From Candidatus Micrarchaeota archaeon (lineage in GTDB: Archaea; Micrarchaeota; Micrarchaeia; Micrarchaeales; Micrarchaeaceae), in assembly GCA_021806095.1 (NCBI GenBank), contig JAJZYD010000001.1:1-58372 (forward strand): a DNA stretch of 58,372 nt. Direction: 5' to 3'. Position numbers and translations under genes: made by a program. Below, one piece after another: positions 19,327 to 29,635 of this stretch. Position 1 is the stretch's first letter. Each line of letters starts with the position of its first letter. Below the pieces are notes generated by a model that was given only the letters and a program-made list of their open reading frames with translations, searched no databases and had not been told where the DNA came from.

Positions 19327-20352
19327 ATGGAAATGGAAAATAAAAATAAAGAGAAATTTGAATTAATCAAAAGAAACACCGCAGAAATTATAAGTGATGA
19401 AGAGCTGCAGTCCCTGCTTGCTTTAAACCAACATCCAAAAGTTTATATAGGTAGAGCCATTACCGGGCCCGTTCATATTGGCCATCTTGCGTCACTCACA
19501 AAGCTTCTTGATTTTCAGAAAGCGGAATTTCAAACAATTATTTTATTAGCTGATATCCATGCAGCGCTCGATGATCTTAAATCAGAATGGGAAGAGCTTG
19601 ACTTAAGGTATAAATATACAAAAAAGGCAATAGAACTTTGCATGGATTGGCCTGAGCTTCCTAAAATGATTAGGGGTTCTGATTTCCAAACAGAGCATAA
19701 TTATATTATGGATTTGTTCAAATTCTCATCACAGCTCACAGTAAACAAAGCTATGCACGCTGCTTCAGAAGTCACAAGGATGAAAAATCCAAAAGTAAGC
19801 GAGCTTATATATCCCATAATGCAGTCCCTCGATGAACAGTATTTAGATGTTGATGTGCAGCTTGGTGGTAGTGATCAGCGTCATATTCAAGTTCTTGCAA
19901 GAGAATATCTTCCTATTATGGGTTATAAAAAGAGGATAGAAGTTATGATGACTTTGATTCCATCTCTTAAAGGTCCTGGAGTAAAAATGAGTTCATCTGT
20001 TGAAGGCTCAATGATTAAGGTAAATGCATCTGAAGAAGAGATAAGGAAATTAATAAAGGATGCATATTGTCCTAATCAAATAATAACAGACAATCCAATA
20101 ATTGAAATAATGGCTTTGTATGTGTTGCCGAACGAAGGCAGCATAATTATAGAAAGAGATAATAAGTTTGGAGGAGATCTTAAAATAGAGTCTGCAAGAC
20201 AGCTTAAGGCGATTTATACAGAAGGCAAACTCCATCCATTAGATCTAAAAAATTATTTAGCAGAATATTTAATTAAAAAAATGAAAAGAGTAAGAGATTA
20301 TTTCGAAAGCAATAAAGACCTTCTTAAGCAGTTAGGCCAGAAATTTGAATAA
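19327..20352 (+). CDS. tyrS: Tyrosine--tRNA ligase (archaeal type)
   Basis: HIGH motif (GPVHIGH), KMSKS-like KMSSS, GGSDQ block, about 340 aa. Confidence 0.92.
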   Translation: MEMENKNKEKFELIKRNTAEIISDEELQSLLALNQHPKVYIGRAITGPVHIGHLASLTKLLDFQKAEFQTIILLADIHAALDDLKSEWEELDLRYKYTKKAIELCMDWPELPKMIRGSDFQTEHNYIMDLFKFSSQLTVNKAMHAASEVTRMKNPKVSELIYPIMQSLDEQYLDVDVQLGGSDQRHIQVLAREYLPIMGYKKRIEVMMTLIPSLKGPGVKMSSSVEGSMIKVNASEEEIRKLIKDAYCPNQIITDNPIIEIMALYVLPNEGSIIIERDNKFGGDLKIESARQLKAIYTEGKLHPLDLKNYLAEYLIKKMKRVRDYFESNKDLLKQLGQKFE

Positions 20353-20528
20353 TTTATTTGTTTTTTTCTTTTCTTAATTTATAATATTTTATAATTTGCC
20401 ATTCTACTTTCTATTTTCCTATATCAAGCAAATATAAATAAATATTAAATATAAAAATAATTAAATATAATATTTATGAAGTATTTAATAATATTATAAT
20501 ATTAATAATACAATAATAAAGTGATCTT

Positions 20529-21527
20529 GTGGAGAACATACCAAATATACCGATAGAGCTTAAAGATACAATGTCTAAGCAAGGCTATCATTTTGTTGGA
20601 AATCATTCTGCAGTAAAAATCTGTGAATATACTGCAAATGCTCTTAGAGATGAAGGATTATGCTATAAACATGCATTTTATGGAATAAAAAGCTGGCAGT
20701 GCATCCAATCAACGACTGCACTTGGCTGTGATCTTGCATGCAGATTCTGCTGGAGGTTTATACCAGAAGAGCTTGGCTATGAATGGAATGAGCTCAATGT
20801 ACAGGAATGGGATGATCCAAAAGAGATTGTTGAAGGTATGATCAAAGAACAGAGAAAAATAGTAAGCGGGTTTAAAGCAATAGCAGATACTGATAAAAAG
20901 CTTAAAAGATGGAAAGAAGCAAATGAACCAAGGCACGTTGCAATAAGCCTTACTGGAGAGTCCTTGTTTTATCCAAAAATGAGCGCACTTTTAAATGAAT
21001 TCCACAAAAGAGGCATTAGCACGTTTATAGTCCATAATGGGACTCTGCCCGAAAGCATTGCTAAGCTCAATCCTCTGCCAACACAATTTTATATATCTCT
21101 TCAAGCGCCAGACGAGAATACTTATAATATAGTAACAAGGCCAAAGATACAAAACAGCTGGCAGCGTTTCATCAAGAGTATTAAAATGCTTAAAACTCTT
21201 AAAACAAGAACAGTATTAAGGATGACGCTTGTCAAAGAACTTAATATGTTTAATCCTGAAGGATATGCAAATATAATAAAGATGGGAATGCCAAATTATG
21301 TTGAGGTAAAAGGCTTTTCCTTTGTTGGCAGTTCTCGTGATCCACAAAGAAATTTAACGCTACAAAGTATGCCAAATCATAATGAAATAAAGGAATTTGC
21401 TGATAAATTAGCAGAACTAACTGAATATATTGTAACTGCAGAACATCAGCAAAGTAGAAATGTGTTATTATCAAGAGATGAAGACTCAAAGAAAAACAGA
21501 ATGATAGATTTCTCCAAAGTTAAATAA
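20529..21527 (+). CDS. taw1: tRNA 4-demethylwyosine synthase Taw1 (TYW1 homologue, radical SAM)
   Basis: KQGYHFVGNHSAVKIC, radical SAM cluster CDLACRFCW, and AISLTGESLFYP. GTG start after AGTGA. Confidence 0.85.
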   Translation: MENIPNIPIELKDTMSKQGYHFVGNHSAVKICEYTANALRDEGLCYKHAFYGIKSWQCIQSTTALGCDLACRFCWRFIPEELGYEWNELNVQEWDDPKEIVEGMIKEQRKIVSGFKAIADTDKKLKRWKEANEPRHVAISLTGESLFYPKMSALLNEFHKRGISTFIVHNGTLPESIAKLNPLPTQFYISLQAPDENTYNIVTRPKIQNSWQRFIKSIKMLKTLKTRTVLRMTLVKELNMFNPEGYANIIKMGMPNYVEVKGFSFVGSSRDPQRNLTLQSMPNHNEIKEFADKLAELTEYIVTAEHQQSRNVLLSRDEDSKKNRMIDFSKVK

Positions 21528-21627
21528 TATAGTTTAATAAACTATAAATTATCCTGTTTTATAAAATCTTCGAATTGATTATTTTTAAAGCATTGTCAAT
21601 ATTCTTTTTATAATATATAATATATTC

Positions 21628-21984
21628 TTATTTTATTTTTTTCAGTTTATTTTTGTAAAATATGTGCAATTCATTGCCGCAAGACAAGCATTTTTTAATA
21701 ATATAACCCTTTGAACTTGCAATCCTTATTGATGAGTTGTATCCCGGAATTAAAATATTATTACATTTTCTGCATATATTTTTTTTTATGTCTTTTGGGA
21801 TTTTTACTTTATAATGTGAGCTTATCATCTTCATGTTTTTTATATATTTTTTAGATAATTCAGAATTTTTATAGTGCATCTTTTGCGCTTCGTTGAATAA
21901 TATTTCTATGCGTTCTGCAGCAATCTGTTTGATTATATTTTTGTTTTTATTAAACATTAAATCATTCATTGTGATAAAAAGCAA
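21628..21984 (-). CDS. rnp4: RNase P protein component 4 (Rpr2/Rpp21)
   Basis: N-terminal helical ERIEILFNEA region plus a zinc ribbon, CRKCNNILIPG...KCLSCGN. Confidence 0.8.
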   Translation of the reverse strand: MLFITMNDLMFNKNKNIIKQIAAERIEILFNEAQKMHYKNSELSKKYIKNMKMISSHYKVKIPKDIKKNICRKCNNILIPGYNSSIRIASSKGYIIKKCLSCGNELHIFYKNKLKKIK

Positions 21985-22112
21985 TAATTATTATAAAATA
22001 AATAAGCAAAATAAATATTATAAATATCAAGTATAAATATAATTAGCTATATTATATATACATATTAATTAGGTAGTTCCCTTTATTATTTTTAGTAATT
22101 ATAAATTAATAA

Positions 22113-22634
22113 TTAAATCTTATTTATGTGCTTCAGCATTTCATAAATATACTCCCCAACCTTCTTGCTATTTATTGTTATAATATTATCAGAAAATTCT
22201 ATGTTATTTTGTGATGGTATACCATGAAACAATAAAATTAATCTAATAATTTCTTCGTTTTTAGGAACCGCAATCTTCTTATTTTGTATAATATTGGCTC
22301 TTGCTAAGATAGTAGAAGCATTACCTACTGCACATATAACTTTTTTTAGGTTGTTGAATTGCGAGAGTAAATCAAGCAATGGCCTGTATTCATATAATTT
22401 ATATTCATCAATACCCTTGCCATCAACTAATACAATACCCTCATAATCCATTACGTATACTTTATTTGCATTAACATCTTGTTTGTATACAGCACCATGT
22501 GCACCTTCACAATCTCCCTTTGAATAGCTTGCTATTTTATAATCGATACCCCATTTGTTAAAGAAAAGCTTTATATTTGATAATGTTTCATCAGTAAAAT
22601 TCTTGGGTGCTATAAAAACTAAAAATACCATCAC
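22113..22634 (-). CDS. DJ-1/PfpI-like family protein
   Basis: Flavodoxin-like pattern (VFLVFIAPKNFTDE, YEGIVLVDGKG, VICAVGNASTILARA). The nucleophile-elbow region is divergent. Confidence 0.45.
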   Translation of the reverse strand: MMVFLVFIAPKNFTDETLSNIKLFFNKWGIDYKIASYSKGDCEGAHGAVYKQDVNANKVYVMDYEGIVLVDGKGIDEYKLYEYRPLLDLLSQFNNLKKVICAVGNASTILARANIIQNKKIAVPKNEEIIRLILLFHGIPSQNNIEFSDNIITINSKKVGEYIYEMLKHINKI

Positions 22635-22665
22635 ATATCACTATCTATTTTTATTTTTATTCTTT

Positions 22666-23409
22666 TTAGCTCTCCATATATGGTGCAAGGAAATATGAGA
22701 AGCTTGCATCTCCTATTTTGTAATCAATTTTGATTGGTTCATCTGTTTTAAGTGAAAGTTCAAGTGATGATTCAGATGGGCATCCACTCACAATTCTCTC
22801 GAGATATTCAAGATTAAATGTAGCAGATGAAGATTTTATTATATTTATTTTCTTTATTGCATCAGTACTACCTAAATGTTCTTCTTCAAGTTCACCAACA
22901 TCTCCTTTTGCGGTTACTGCAAATGAATTCTTATCTGCTTTAAACCCTATATAACTTGAAAGTAAGCTTGCATCCTTTAATATTTCCTTAAACATCTCAC
23001 TTTTCATTTCGATTATTGATTCAAATTCAACTTTTGGTGCTTTATCACTTTCTTTTTTTGTGTCTATAAGTGGTAACTTATATCTTCTTTTTCCATTTGG
23101 GCCGATGAATTCTATTGATAGTTTATTATTATTTTCTTTCATAACAAGCTGTTCATCACTTCTCGCACTTGATAAAATCTTCGCAAAATTATCAATATTT
23201 AATCCTATAGTTATATCTTTATCAATATCATATTTCGAAAATGTTTTATTTGGTATTGAAAACATAAGCATACTTATTCCTGAAGGATCCATTGCACTTA
23301 ATGATATATTCTCTTTTGTTATTTTAAAGCTACCTTCGTCTACAAGATTTACTATAGAATCTACACAGCTTTTCCAATATTTTGCATCATCTATCTTTAT
23401 TTCGAACAT
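22666..23409 (-). CDS. pcn: DNA polymerase sliding clamp PCNA
   Basis: 247 aa with archaeal PCNA blocks throughout (MFEIKIDDAKYWKSCVDSIVNLVDEGSF, MDPSGISM, FNLEYL, YFLAP). Confidence 0.92.
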   Translation of the reverse strand: MFEIKIDDAKYWKSCVDSIVNLVDEGSFKITKENISLSAMDPSGISMLMFSIPNKTFSKYDIDKDITIGLNIDNFAKILSSARSDEQLVMKENNNKLSIEFIGPNGKRRYKLPLIDTKKESDKAPKVEFESIIEMKSEMFKEILKDASLLSSYIGFKADKNSFAVTAKGDVGELEEEHLGSTDAIKKINIIKSSSATFNLEYLERIVSGCPSESSLELSLKTDEPIKIDYKIGDASFSYFLAPYMES

Positions 23410-23732
23410 AGTATCACTTTATATCTATTTTTTACTGTAATTTTATTAATAATATATGAAACACAAATTATAAATAAGATATAGATTATTTTATTCCTTT
23501 GTATTGTTAGTGCAGTATGTATTTCATTTGCTCTTGTAGAAATACCTTATACATCAATCTATCACCTTTAATTTATTAGCAATAATGGTATTATCAACAA
23601 AGACTAATTAGACACAAGATTTAAATAGTTATTTCGTTCATATATATACTAATTAGTTTAATTTTAAACTAGTTTTAATTTAAACTATCAAATTAATTAA
23701 TTAGATATGTGCTATTATAACTGAGTGAAAAA

Positions 23733-24116
23733 ATGGCAGGTCATAATGCTAAGAAAATAAACAGTAATATTGAGTGCAAAAGTAAATTATCCTATCTCAA
23801 TAATGAAATGAAGAAAGTTGTATTAAAAATTGTTATACTTAAAATAATCAAGAAGCACAAAATACATCCATATGCAATTATAAAGATACTTTCTAACTTT
23901 CAGCACCTTAACTACTTCATATCTGATAAATCTGAATTAAAAAATGACGTTTATAATATAATATCTACATTGCAGAAAGGAGGTTATATAAAATTAAATA
24001 AAAAACACAAAAAAATGAATTTCTATATGCTTACAAAAAAGGGCGATGATACACTTCTTGAAATAAATAGAAATTTTAAAGAAATCTTTATAAGATTAAA
24101 AAATATAATGAAGTGA
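23733..24116 (+). CDS. Winged-helix transcriptional regulator (PadR-like), likely controlling the downstream ABC transporter
   Basis: VLKIVILKIIKK.KIHPYAIIKIL ... VYNIISTLQKGGYIKL fits the PadR wHTH pattern. Ends 4 nt before the ABC ATPase gene. Confidence 0.45.
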   Translation: MAGHNAKKINSNIECKSKLSYLNNEMKKVVLKIVILKIIKKHKIHPYAIIKILSNFQHLNYFISDKSELKNDVYNIISTLQKGGYIKLNKKHKKMNFYMLTKKGDDTLLEINRNFKEIFIRLKNIMK

Positions 24117-24120
24117 GAAT

Positions 24121-25095
24121 ATGGAAATGTTAGAAATAAAAAACGTTGTTAAAAAATTTGGTGACTTTACTGCAGTTAATAATGTTAGCTTTAATATTAA
24201 AAAAGGTGAGATATTTGGACTTTTAGGTCCAAACGGTGCAGGAAAAACAACAATATTAAATTTAATTTTAGGCGTCCTTGACCAGACAAGTGGCCAAATC
24301 TATGTAAATGGAATGGATAATAGAAAAAAGGGGAAAGAGATAAAGCAAATAATAAGTTTAATGACTCAAGAAACAATTGTAGAATCAGATCTTACTGCAA
24401 AAGAAAATCTTATGTTGTTTGCAAAGTTGTATCATTTAAATAATGATATAATTGAAGAAAGGATAAAAAACGCTCTTAAAGAAGCTGAATTAACTGAATT
24501 TGCAAATAAGCGCGCAGGTACTTTTTCTGGCGGTATGCAGAGAAGACTTGAGCTTGTTAAGACGTTAATACATGAACCTAAATTGATTATACTTGATGAA
24601 CCAACAACAGGTCTTGATATCCAAAATAGAGTAAAGATGTGGGATCATATAAAAAGTCTTGCAAGACTTGGTATAACCGTGCTTCTTACAACACAATATC
24701 TTGAAGAGGCAGATGCCCTTTGTGATAGGATTGCAATAATAGATCATGGTAATATTATTGCGATGGGAACTTCATCAGAATTGAAAGCACTTGCTGGTGG
24801 CTATATACTTGATATAATAGCAAAGGAGCAGTACATAAAACAGATTGCAGAGATTATTAAAAAACATATGAAAGCAGAAGTTAATATTGCAGCGGATAAG
24901 ATAACAGCAAATGTAACTAAAGAACCATTAGAGGTTATAGGTATAATATCAAAAGTGCTTCAAGATTCAAAGATTCCAGTAATGTCATTTGGGGTACACC
25001 TTCCTACAATAGATGATATATTTCTTAAGCTGACTGGGAAACAGACACGGGACACAACTGGGGAGATGAAAACAAAATTTGTTAAGAGGTTTTAG
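24121..25095 (+). CDS. ABC transporter ATP-binding protein (ABC-2/DrrA type)
   Basis: Walker A GPNGAGKTT, signature FSGGMQRRL, Walker B LIILDEPTTGLD. Confidence 0.93.
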   Translation: MEMLEIKNVVKKFGDFTAVNNVSFNIKKGEIFGLLGPNGAGKTTILNLILGVLDQTSGQIYVNGMDNRKKGKEIKQIISLMTQETIVESDLTAKENLMLFAKLYHLNNDIIEERIKNALKEAELTEFANKRAGTFSGGMQRRLELVKTLIHEPKLIILDEPTTGLDIQNRVKMWDHIKSLARLGITVLLTTQYLEEADALCDRIAIIDHGNIIAMGTSSELKALAGGYILDIIAKEQYIKQIAEIIKKHMKAEVNIAADKITANVTKEPLEVIGIISKVLQDSKIPVMSFGVHLPTIDDIFLKLTGKQTRDTTGEMKTKFVKRF

Positions 25096-25141
25096 ATAGT
25101 AGGATAACAAAAAATTTCATAAAATATATTTAGGGATTATA

Positions 25142-26254
25142 ATGTCACACTTTTGGAAAGATTCAATAGCATTGTATATAAGAGAGATGCAAATATTCAG
25201 AAGTCATCTCCGTACAAATATAATTAGATCAATAATATTTCCTCTTACTTTTATATTACTGCTTGGAAATTTAGGAAGTATGAGTGCTGCGAAGACAAAT
25301 ATTGCTATCGTTAATTATGCGCAAAATCCTCTTTCCTATCAATTTATTAGTGATGTTACTGCATCTCATTCATTAAATATTGTAGCTCAAACAAATCAAT
25401 ATGAAGCATTGAAAATGTTGAGCAACGGCAATGCAACCTTAGTGATGGTTGTACTACCTTCATTTCCTTATGGAAGTCCGAGTATCTATATTTATTATGA
25501 TAATAATCCTATTGAATTAGGCTCATCTCTGCAAGTTATTCAATCATTGACACAACAGTTTGGTGCAACTGCATCTGCAGTAAGCAGTTCTTCAAGCACT
25601 GGCACTACAAGCATATTCATCAATCCAACATACGCAACAAGTGCGAGTTACAAAACATTCCTTATAGGAGGAATTATTGTAATGGTTGCAGTTTTTGGTA
25701 CATTATTTGGTGGTGGATTATCATTAATAAGTGATAAGCAGCTTGGTAATCTTAAATCATTTCTTATAACACCTATTGATAGAAAGTCAATAATAATGAG
25801 CAAAATTTTTTATAGTATAACATTAGCAATGCTAAATGCAACTATTGCGCTAATTATAGGCGTTCTTGATGGCGGTGGTATAGCTATGGGATTATTTGGC
25901 TTAGTATGGATTTATGGTTTAGTTCTATTTGTAGCGATTGGATTTAGTGGATTAACACTTCTCTTAGCGTCAAGAATAGATAAACAGGAAGTATATACAA
26001 TAGTATCAAATGCGCTTATTATGCCATTATGGTTTATATCAGGAGCTTTTTTTCCAACAAGTGCTCTTCCATCATGGCTTTATCCTATTAGTGTAATAAA
26101 TCCACTGACTTATGCGACAAATGGTATGCGTTATGTTATGATGAATGGTTATTATCCATTAAATTTAGTTATATTTGATTTTAGTATATTAATTGTATTT
26201 GCAATAATAATGGTTGTGCTCGCAATTAACTCCCTAAAAAGGACAATTGCATAA
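25142..26254 (+). CDS. ABC-2 type transporter permease
   Basis: N-terminal TM, a large extracytoplasmic loop, then a cluster of 5 TM helices. Follows the ABC ATPase. Confidence 0.8.
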   Translation: MSHFWKDSIALYIREMQIFRSHLRTNIIRSIIFPLTFILLLGNLGSMSAAKTNIAIVNYAQNPLSYQFISDVTASHSLNIVAQTNQYEALKMLSNGNATLVMVVLPSFPYGSPSIYIYYDNNPIELGSSLQVIQSLTQQFGATASAVSSSSSTGTTSIFINPTYATSASYKTFLIGGIIVMVAVFGTLFGGGLSLISDKQLGNLKSFLITPIDRKSIIMSKIFYSITLAMLNATIALIIGVLDGGGIAMGLFGLVWIYGLVLFVAIGFSGLTLLLASRIDKQEVYTIVSNALIMPLWFISGAFFPTSALPSWLYPISVINPLTYATNGMRYVMMNGYYPLNLVIFDFSILIVFAIIMVVLAINSLKRTIA

Positions 26255-26296
26255 TTATAAATTATATTAATATTATAAAAAATAAAAGTGGTATAA

Positions 26297-27958
26297 ATGC
26301 AGATAAAATATTTTTTGGAAAATAAAGTAATAATTTTTGTTCTGTTAGGTGTCCTATTGCTAATGCCTAATGCAATAAATGCACAAACAGCACTTCAATC
26401 ACCAAATGGTGCACTGTCGATAATTAATTTAAATACAACACCACAAACAATAGTTGCAGGAGAAAATGTTGTTTTAACTTTTCAACTCTTCAATTCTTAT
26501 TCTGCGGCATTGCAAAGCGTAAATTTGCAGCTTCAAGCATCAAATCCGATAATAAAAGTGTCTCCATCAAGTACATCTCTTATTGACACAATAGGAAGCG
26601 GGCAATATGGCGGATTAGGTTATGACTTCTTTACATATGTACTTCATATCCCATCAACACTTTCATCAGGTGAATACACAATAGATGTTGTTGCTAATTA
26701 TGAGGCGCCGACTTCTACATCAGCCCAATATAGCCAAACTGTCCCAGCAGAATCCATAATGCCTATTAATTTTTATGTTTATGGAAAACCACATATTCAA
26801 TTAACAGTATCACCAGAACAACCTATCCAACCTGGAACTTTATCAAGCGTATATCTAGATCTCACAAATACAGGGACTGCACCAATATATAATATAACAT
26901 TGCAGATCAACAATTCAAAATATTTTGAGATACCAATTCAGAATGAATTTATGATAGGTGTATTGCAAGCAGGTCAAACAATCCAACTACCTACAGAATT
27001 GCTGCCTATTCAAACAATTTCAAATGGAACATACAGCTTAAATGGAAATATAATTTATACAAGCGAAGAAGGAAATATTACAAATACACCAATATCTGGG
27101 CAGGTTTCTATTATAATAAACAAACCAAATATTGTTGTTGATGCAAATTCAGGAGTTCCACAAAATCTTTATCCTGGAGCAAATCAAACTATAAGCTTAC
27201 TAATACAAAATATAGGAATGGGTGAAGCAAAGAATGTTACTATATCATTTGAAAATACAAATGTGATAAGTGTTGGAAGTATATCAAGTTTCTTTATACC
27301 GTCTCTTCCTCCATCTTCATCTGTTCCAGAAGAGTTATTTGTAACTGCAAATAAAAATGCTTCATTAAGTAAATACAATCTTCCAGAAAATATAAGTTAT
27401 TTATATTCAAATTATCAGAATAAAACAAGTATTGAGGAAAATTTACCTATATACATTTCTCCAAGCGCTGTTATTAGTATAGAAAAAGTATATAGCAATT
27501 TAAACATCGGTGCATCATATACACCTATAACTTTTGAAATTAAAAATATAGGGGATGAAAAAGCTCAAGGAATGTCTATAACACTTCAAAGTACTTATCC
27601 AATAACACCAATAAATTCAAATCAATATATCAATAATCTTCTTCCAGGACAATCTACAAACATAACATTTTATGTAAGTGTTGATACTTCTGGTAATATT
27701 GGAAATTACCCTATAACACTCTATTCACAATGGTCTCAGCCAAACGGAAATCTTAAACAGGAATATTATAGTACAAACAATTATTATGCAACTGTAGAAG
27801 GAAGCAGTAGTTCAAGTAAAGGATCAAACGTTGGAGGAATCGGACTGATTATAGTAGTTGCAGTAATAATAGCAGCATATTATATGTATGAAAGAGTGCA
27901 AAAGAACAAAAAGATGCAAAAATCAAAGAATAAAACAAAAGAGGTTCAAAAGGAGTAA
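26297..27958 (+). CDS. Secreted multi-domain (CARDB/COG1361-like) cell-surface protein with a C-terminal TM anchor
   Basis: Signal peptide (VIIFVLLGVLLLMPNAINA). Repeated beta-rich modules with the N.G...A.N pattern (LTNTGTAPIYNI, IQNIGMGEAKNV, IKNIGDEKAQGM). C-terminal TM plus a Lys-rich tail. Confidence 0.55.
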   Translation: MQIKYFLENKVIIFVLLGVLLLMPNAINAQTALQSPNGALSIINLNTTPQTIVAGENVVLTFQLFNSYSAALQSVNLQLQASNPIIKVSPSSTSLIDTIGSGQYGGLGYDFFTYVLHIPSTLSSGEYTIDVVANYEAPTSTSAQYSQTVPAESIMPINFYVYGKPHIQLTVSPEQPIQPGTLSSVYLDLTNTGTAPIYNITLQINNSKYFEIPIQNEFMIGVLQAGQTIQLPTELLPIQTISNGTYSLNGNIIYTSEEGNITNTPISGQVSIIINKPNIVVDANSGVPQNLYPGANQTISLLIQNIGMGEAKNVTISFENTNVISVGSISSFFIPSLPPSSSVPEELFVTANKNASLSKYNLPENISYLYSNYQNKTSIEENLPIYISPSAVISIEKVYSNLNIGASYTPITFEIKNIGDEKAQGMSITLQSTYPITPINSNQYINNLLPGQSTNITFYVSVDTSGNIGNYPITLYSQWSQPNGNLKQEYYSTNNYYATVEGSSSSSKGSNVGGIGLIIVVAVIIAAYYMYERVQKNKKMQKSKNKTKEVQKE

Positions 27959-28186
27959 AAAATATAGAATAAAGAATATAATATATAATAAATATACACC
28001 AACATACTTTGGTATTTTTTATTTTTTTCTATTATTGTTTTGTTATATTTTATTATTGTTGTTTTCTTTTTCTTTTTTTTAAGTTAATTTAAATAATTTG
28101 CCGATAAAGAATAAAAAAGTTTATTATATTTATGTATAATAAATAATTGTAATATTAGTTTAAAAAGTAAGAAGGTTTGATGATTT

Positions 28187-28861
28187 ATGGATATGTTAAA
28201 GTGCAGGGTAGTTGGTGGTAGTTTTATAGGTGCTTATGTAGTCCCAACAGACAAATATGCTTTCATGAGTAGTGCAATTGAAAGCAGCAAGGTTGAACTA
28301 ATAAGCAAAACAATGCATGTTAATCCAATAATCCTAAATCTTTATGATACATCGCTTATAGGTATTTTAGCAAGAGCCAACAGTAATGGTATAATTCTGT
28401 CAAATTTGTTTGAAGAGGATGAAGTAGTACAACAAAAAAATCAAAATATTGATATGCATATAGAAATAATAAAATCAAATCTTAATGCAATAGGCAACAA
28501 TGTGCTTGTAAATGATAAGGTTGCAATAGTAAACCCTGAATATAGCAATGAGGCAGTAAAGCAGATGGAAGATGTTTTAGATGTTGAAGTTATAAGAGAA
28601 CAAATAGGAATGTTTAAAACAGTTGGCGCGAATAATGTGATTACAAACAAAGGAATGCTGATAAACAATGAAACGAGCGATGAACAGAAAGAACGCATAG
28701 ATAAATTAACAGGTTTTGAATCTGTAAGGACTACCGCAAATGTTGGGTTTTTAGGTATAGGGCTTTCGATAGCAGCAAATTCATACGGTGTTGTAATTGG
28801 GGAAGATACAACAGGTTTTGAGCTTGGTAGAATAATGGAAGCTTTAGAAAAAGATAACTAA
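28187..28861 (+). CDS. eif6: Translation initiation factor 6 (aIF6)
   Basis: Pentein-repeat pattern (GSFIGAYVVPTDKYAF, LIGILARANSNGIIL, AIGNNVLVNDKVAIV, TANVGFLGIGLSIAANSYGVVIG). Confidence 0.92.
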   Translation: MDMLKCRVVGGSFIGAYVVPTDKYAFMSSAIESSKVELISKTMHVNPIILNLYDTSLIGILARANSNGIILSNLFEEDEVVQQKNQNIDMHIEIIKSNLNAIGNNVLVNDKVAIVNPEYSNEAVKQMEDVLDVEVIREQIGMFKTVGANNVITNKGMLINNETSDEQKERIDKLTGFESVRTTANVGFLGIGLSIAANSYGVVIGEDTTGFELGRIMEALEKDN

Positions 28862-28974
28862 TAAATATAATGATATCAAATAAAACAAAAAATAAAGTAA
28901 TAACAGTAAGGGATAATAATAAGAAATAATATAAAAATAATAAAAATAATTTTTAAAATAAATAAGGTGTTGAT

Positions 28975-29148
28975 ATGAAATATGTATTAAGAGGTATATT
29001 AGGAAAAGCTAATAAAAGAACTTTTGAAATTGTTGTAGATGCAAAAAGTGAGAAACATGCTGCTGCATTAGCAGTCACAAAACTTGGAAGCAAGTCAAAA
29101 ATCAAAAAATATGAGATAGAAATAAAAGAAATAAAAAAGCAAGCTTAA
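28975..29148 (+). CDS. rplX: 50S ribosomal protein LX (eL20 family; not in the ORF track, 57 aa)
   Basis: Own translation: MKYVLRGILGKANKRTFEIVVDAKSEKHAAALAVTKLGSKSKIKKYEIEIKEIKKQA*. AAGGTG SD. Canonical position between eif6 and pfdA. Confidence 0.75.
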   Translation: MKYVLRGILGKANKRTFEIVVDAKSEKHAAALAVTKLGSKSKIKKYEIEIKEIKKQA

Positions 29149-29176
29149 AAATAAAAAAGAAAATAAAGATGATAAT

Positions 29177-29626
29177 ATGGAAGATGTTAATGCTTATAAA
29201 AATATGAGTAAAGCAGATAAAGATAAAATGATTGCAGAATTTAAATATATGCAGGAGCTATATAGCAATGAATATAGGTCAATAATAAATAGGATTAATG
29301 ACAATACAGAGCATTTAAATATGCTTTACACAGCCCAGGAATCAATTGAGAATGCAGACATAATAAAAGACAAGGAAATATTATCATTTGTTGGAGAAAG
29401 TATATTTATACCATCAAAAATAATAAACAACGATAAATTTATTGTCGGAGTTGGTAGTGCTTTTTTCGTTGAGGTTGATGCTGAAAATACTAAAAGAATC
29501 ATAAGTAAATATATAAATAAAGCAAATAATGAGCTGAAGAAATTAAATAATAACAAGAAAGAAATAGAAGCAGCATTATTTGATATGTCATTTCAGATGA
29601 ATAAATTAAATGTATTAACCTCTTAA
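29177..29626 (+). CDS. pfdA: Prefoldin alpha subunit
   Basis: Coiled coil, beta hairpins (ILSFVGESIFIPSKI...FIVGVGSAFFVE), coiled coil. Conserved eif6-rplX-pfdA-ftsY order. Confidence 0.8.
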   Translation: MEDVNAYKNMSKADKDKMIAEFKYMQELYSNEYRSIINRINDNTEHLNMLYTAQESIENADIIKDKEILSFVGESIFIPSKIINNDKFIVGVGSAFFVEVDAENTKRIISKYINKANNELKKLNNNKKEIEAALFDMSFQMNKLNVLTS

Positions 29627-29635
29627 GGTTTTAGT

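Noticed and set aside
28170-28186. UGAUGA-like sequence (ttgatga) suggesting a C/D-box sRNA
   Set aside because: It sits directly in the SD/start region of eif6, lacks the purine preceding a true C box, and has no partner D box (CUGA) or terminal stem.
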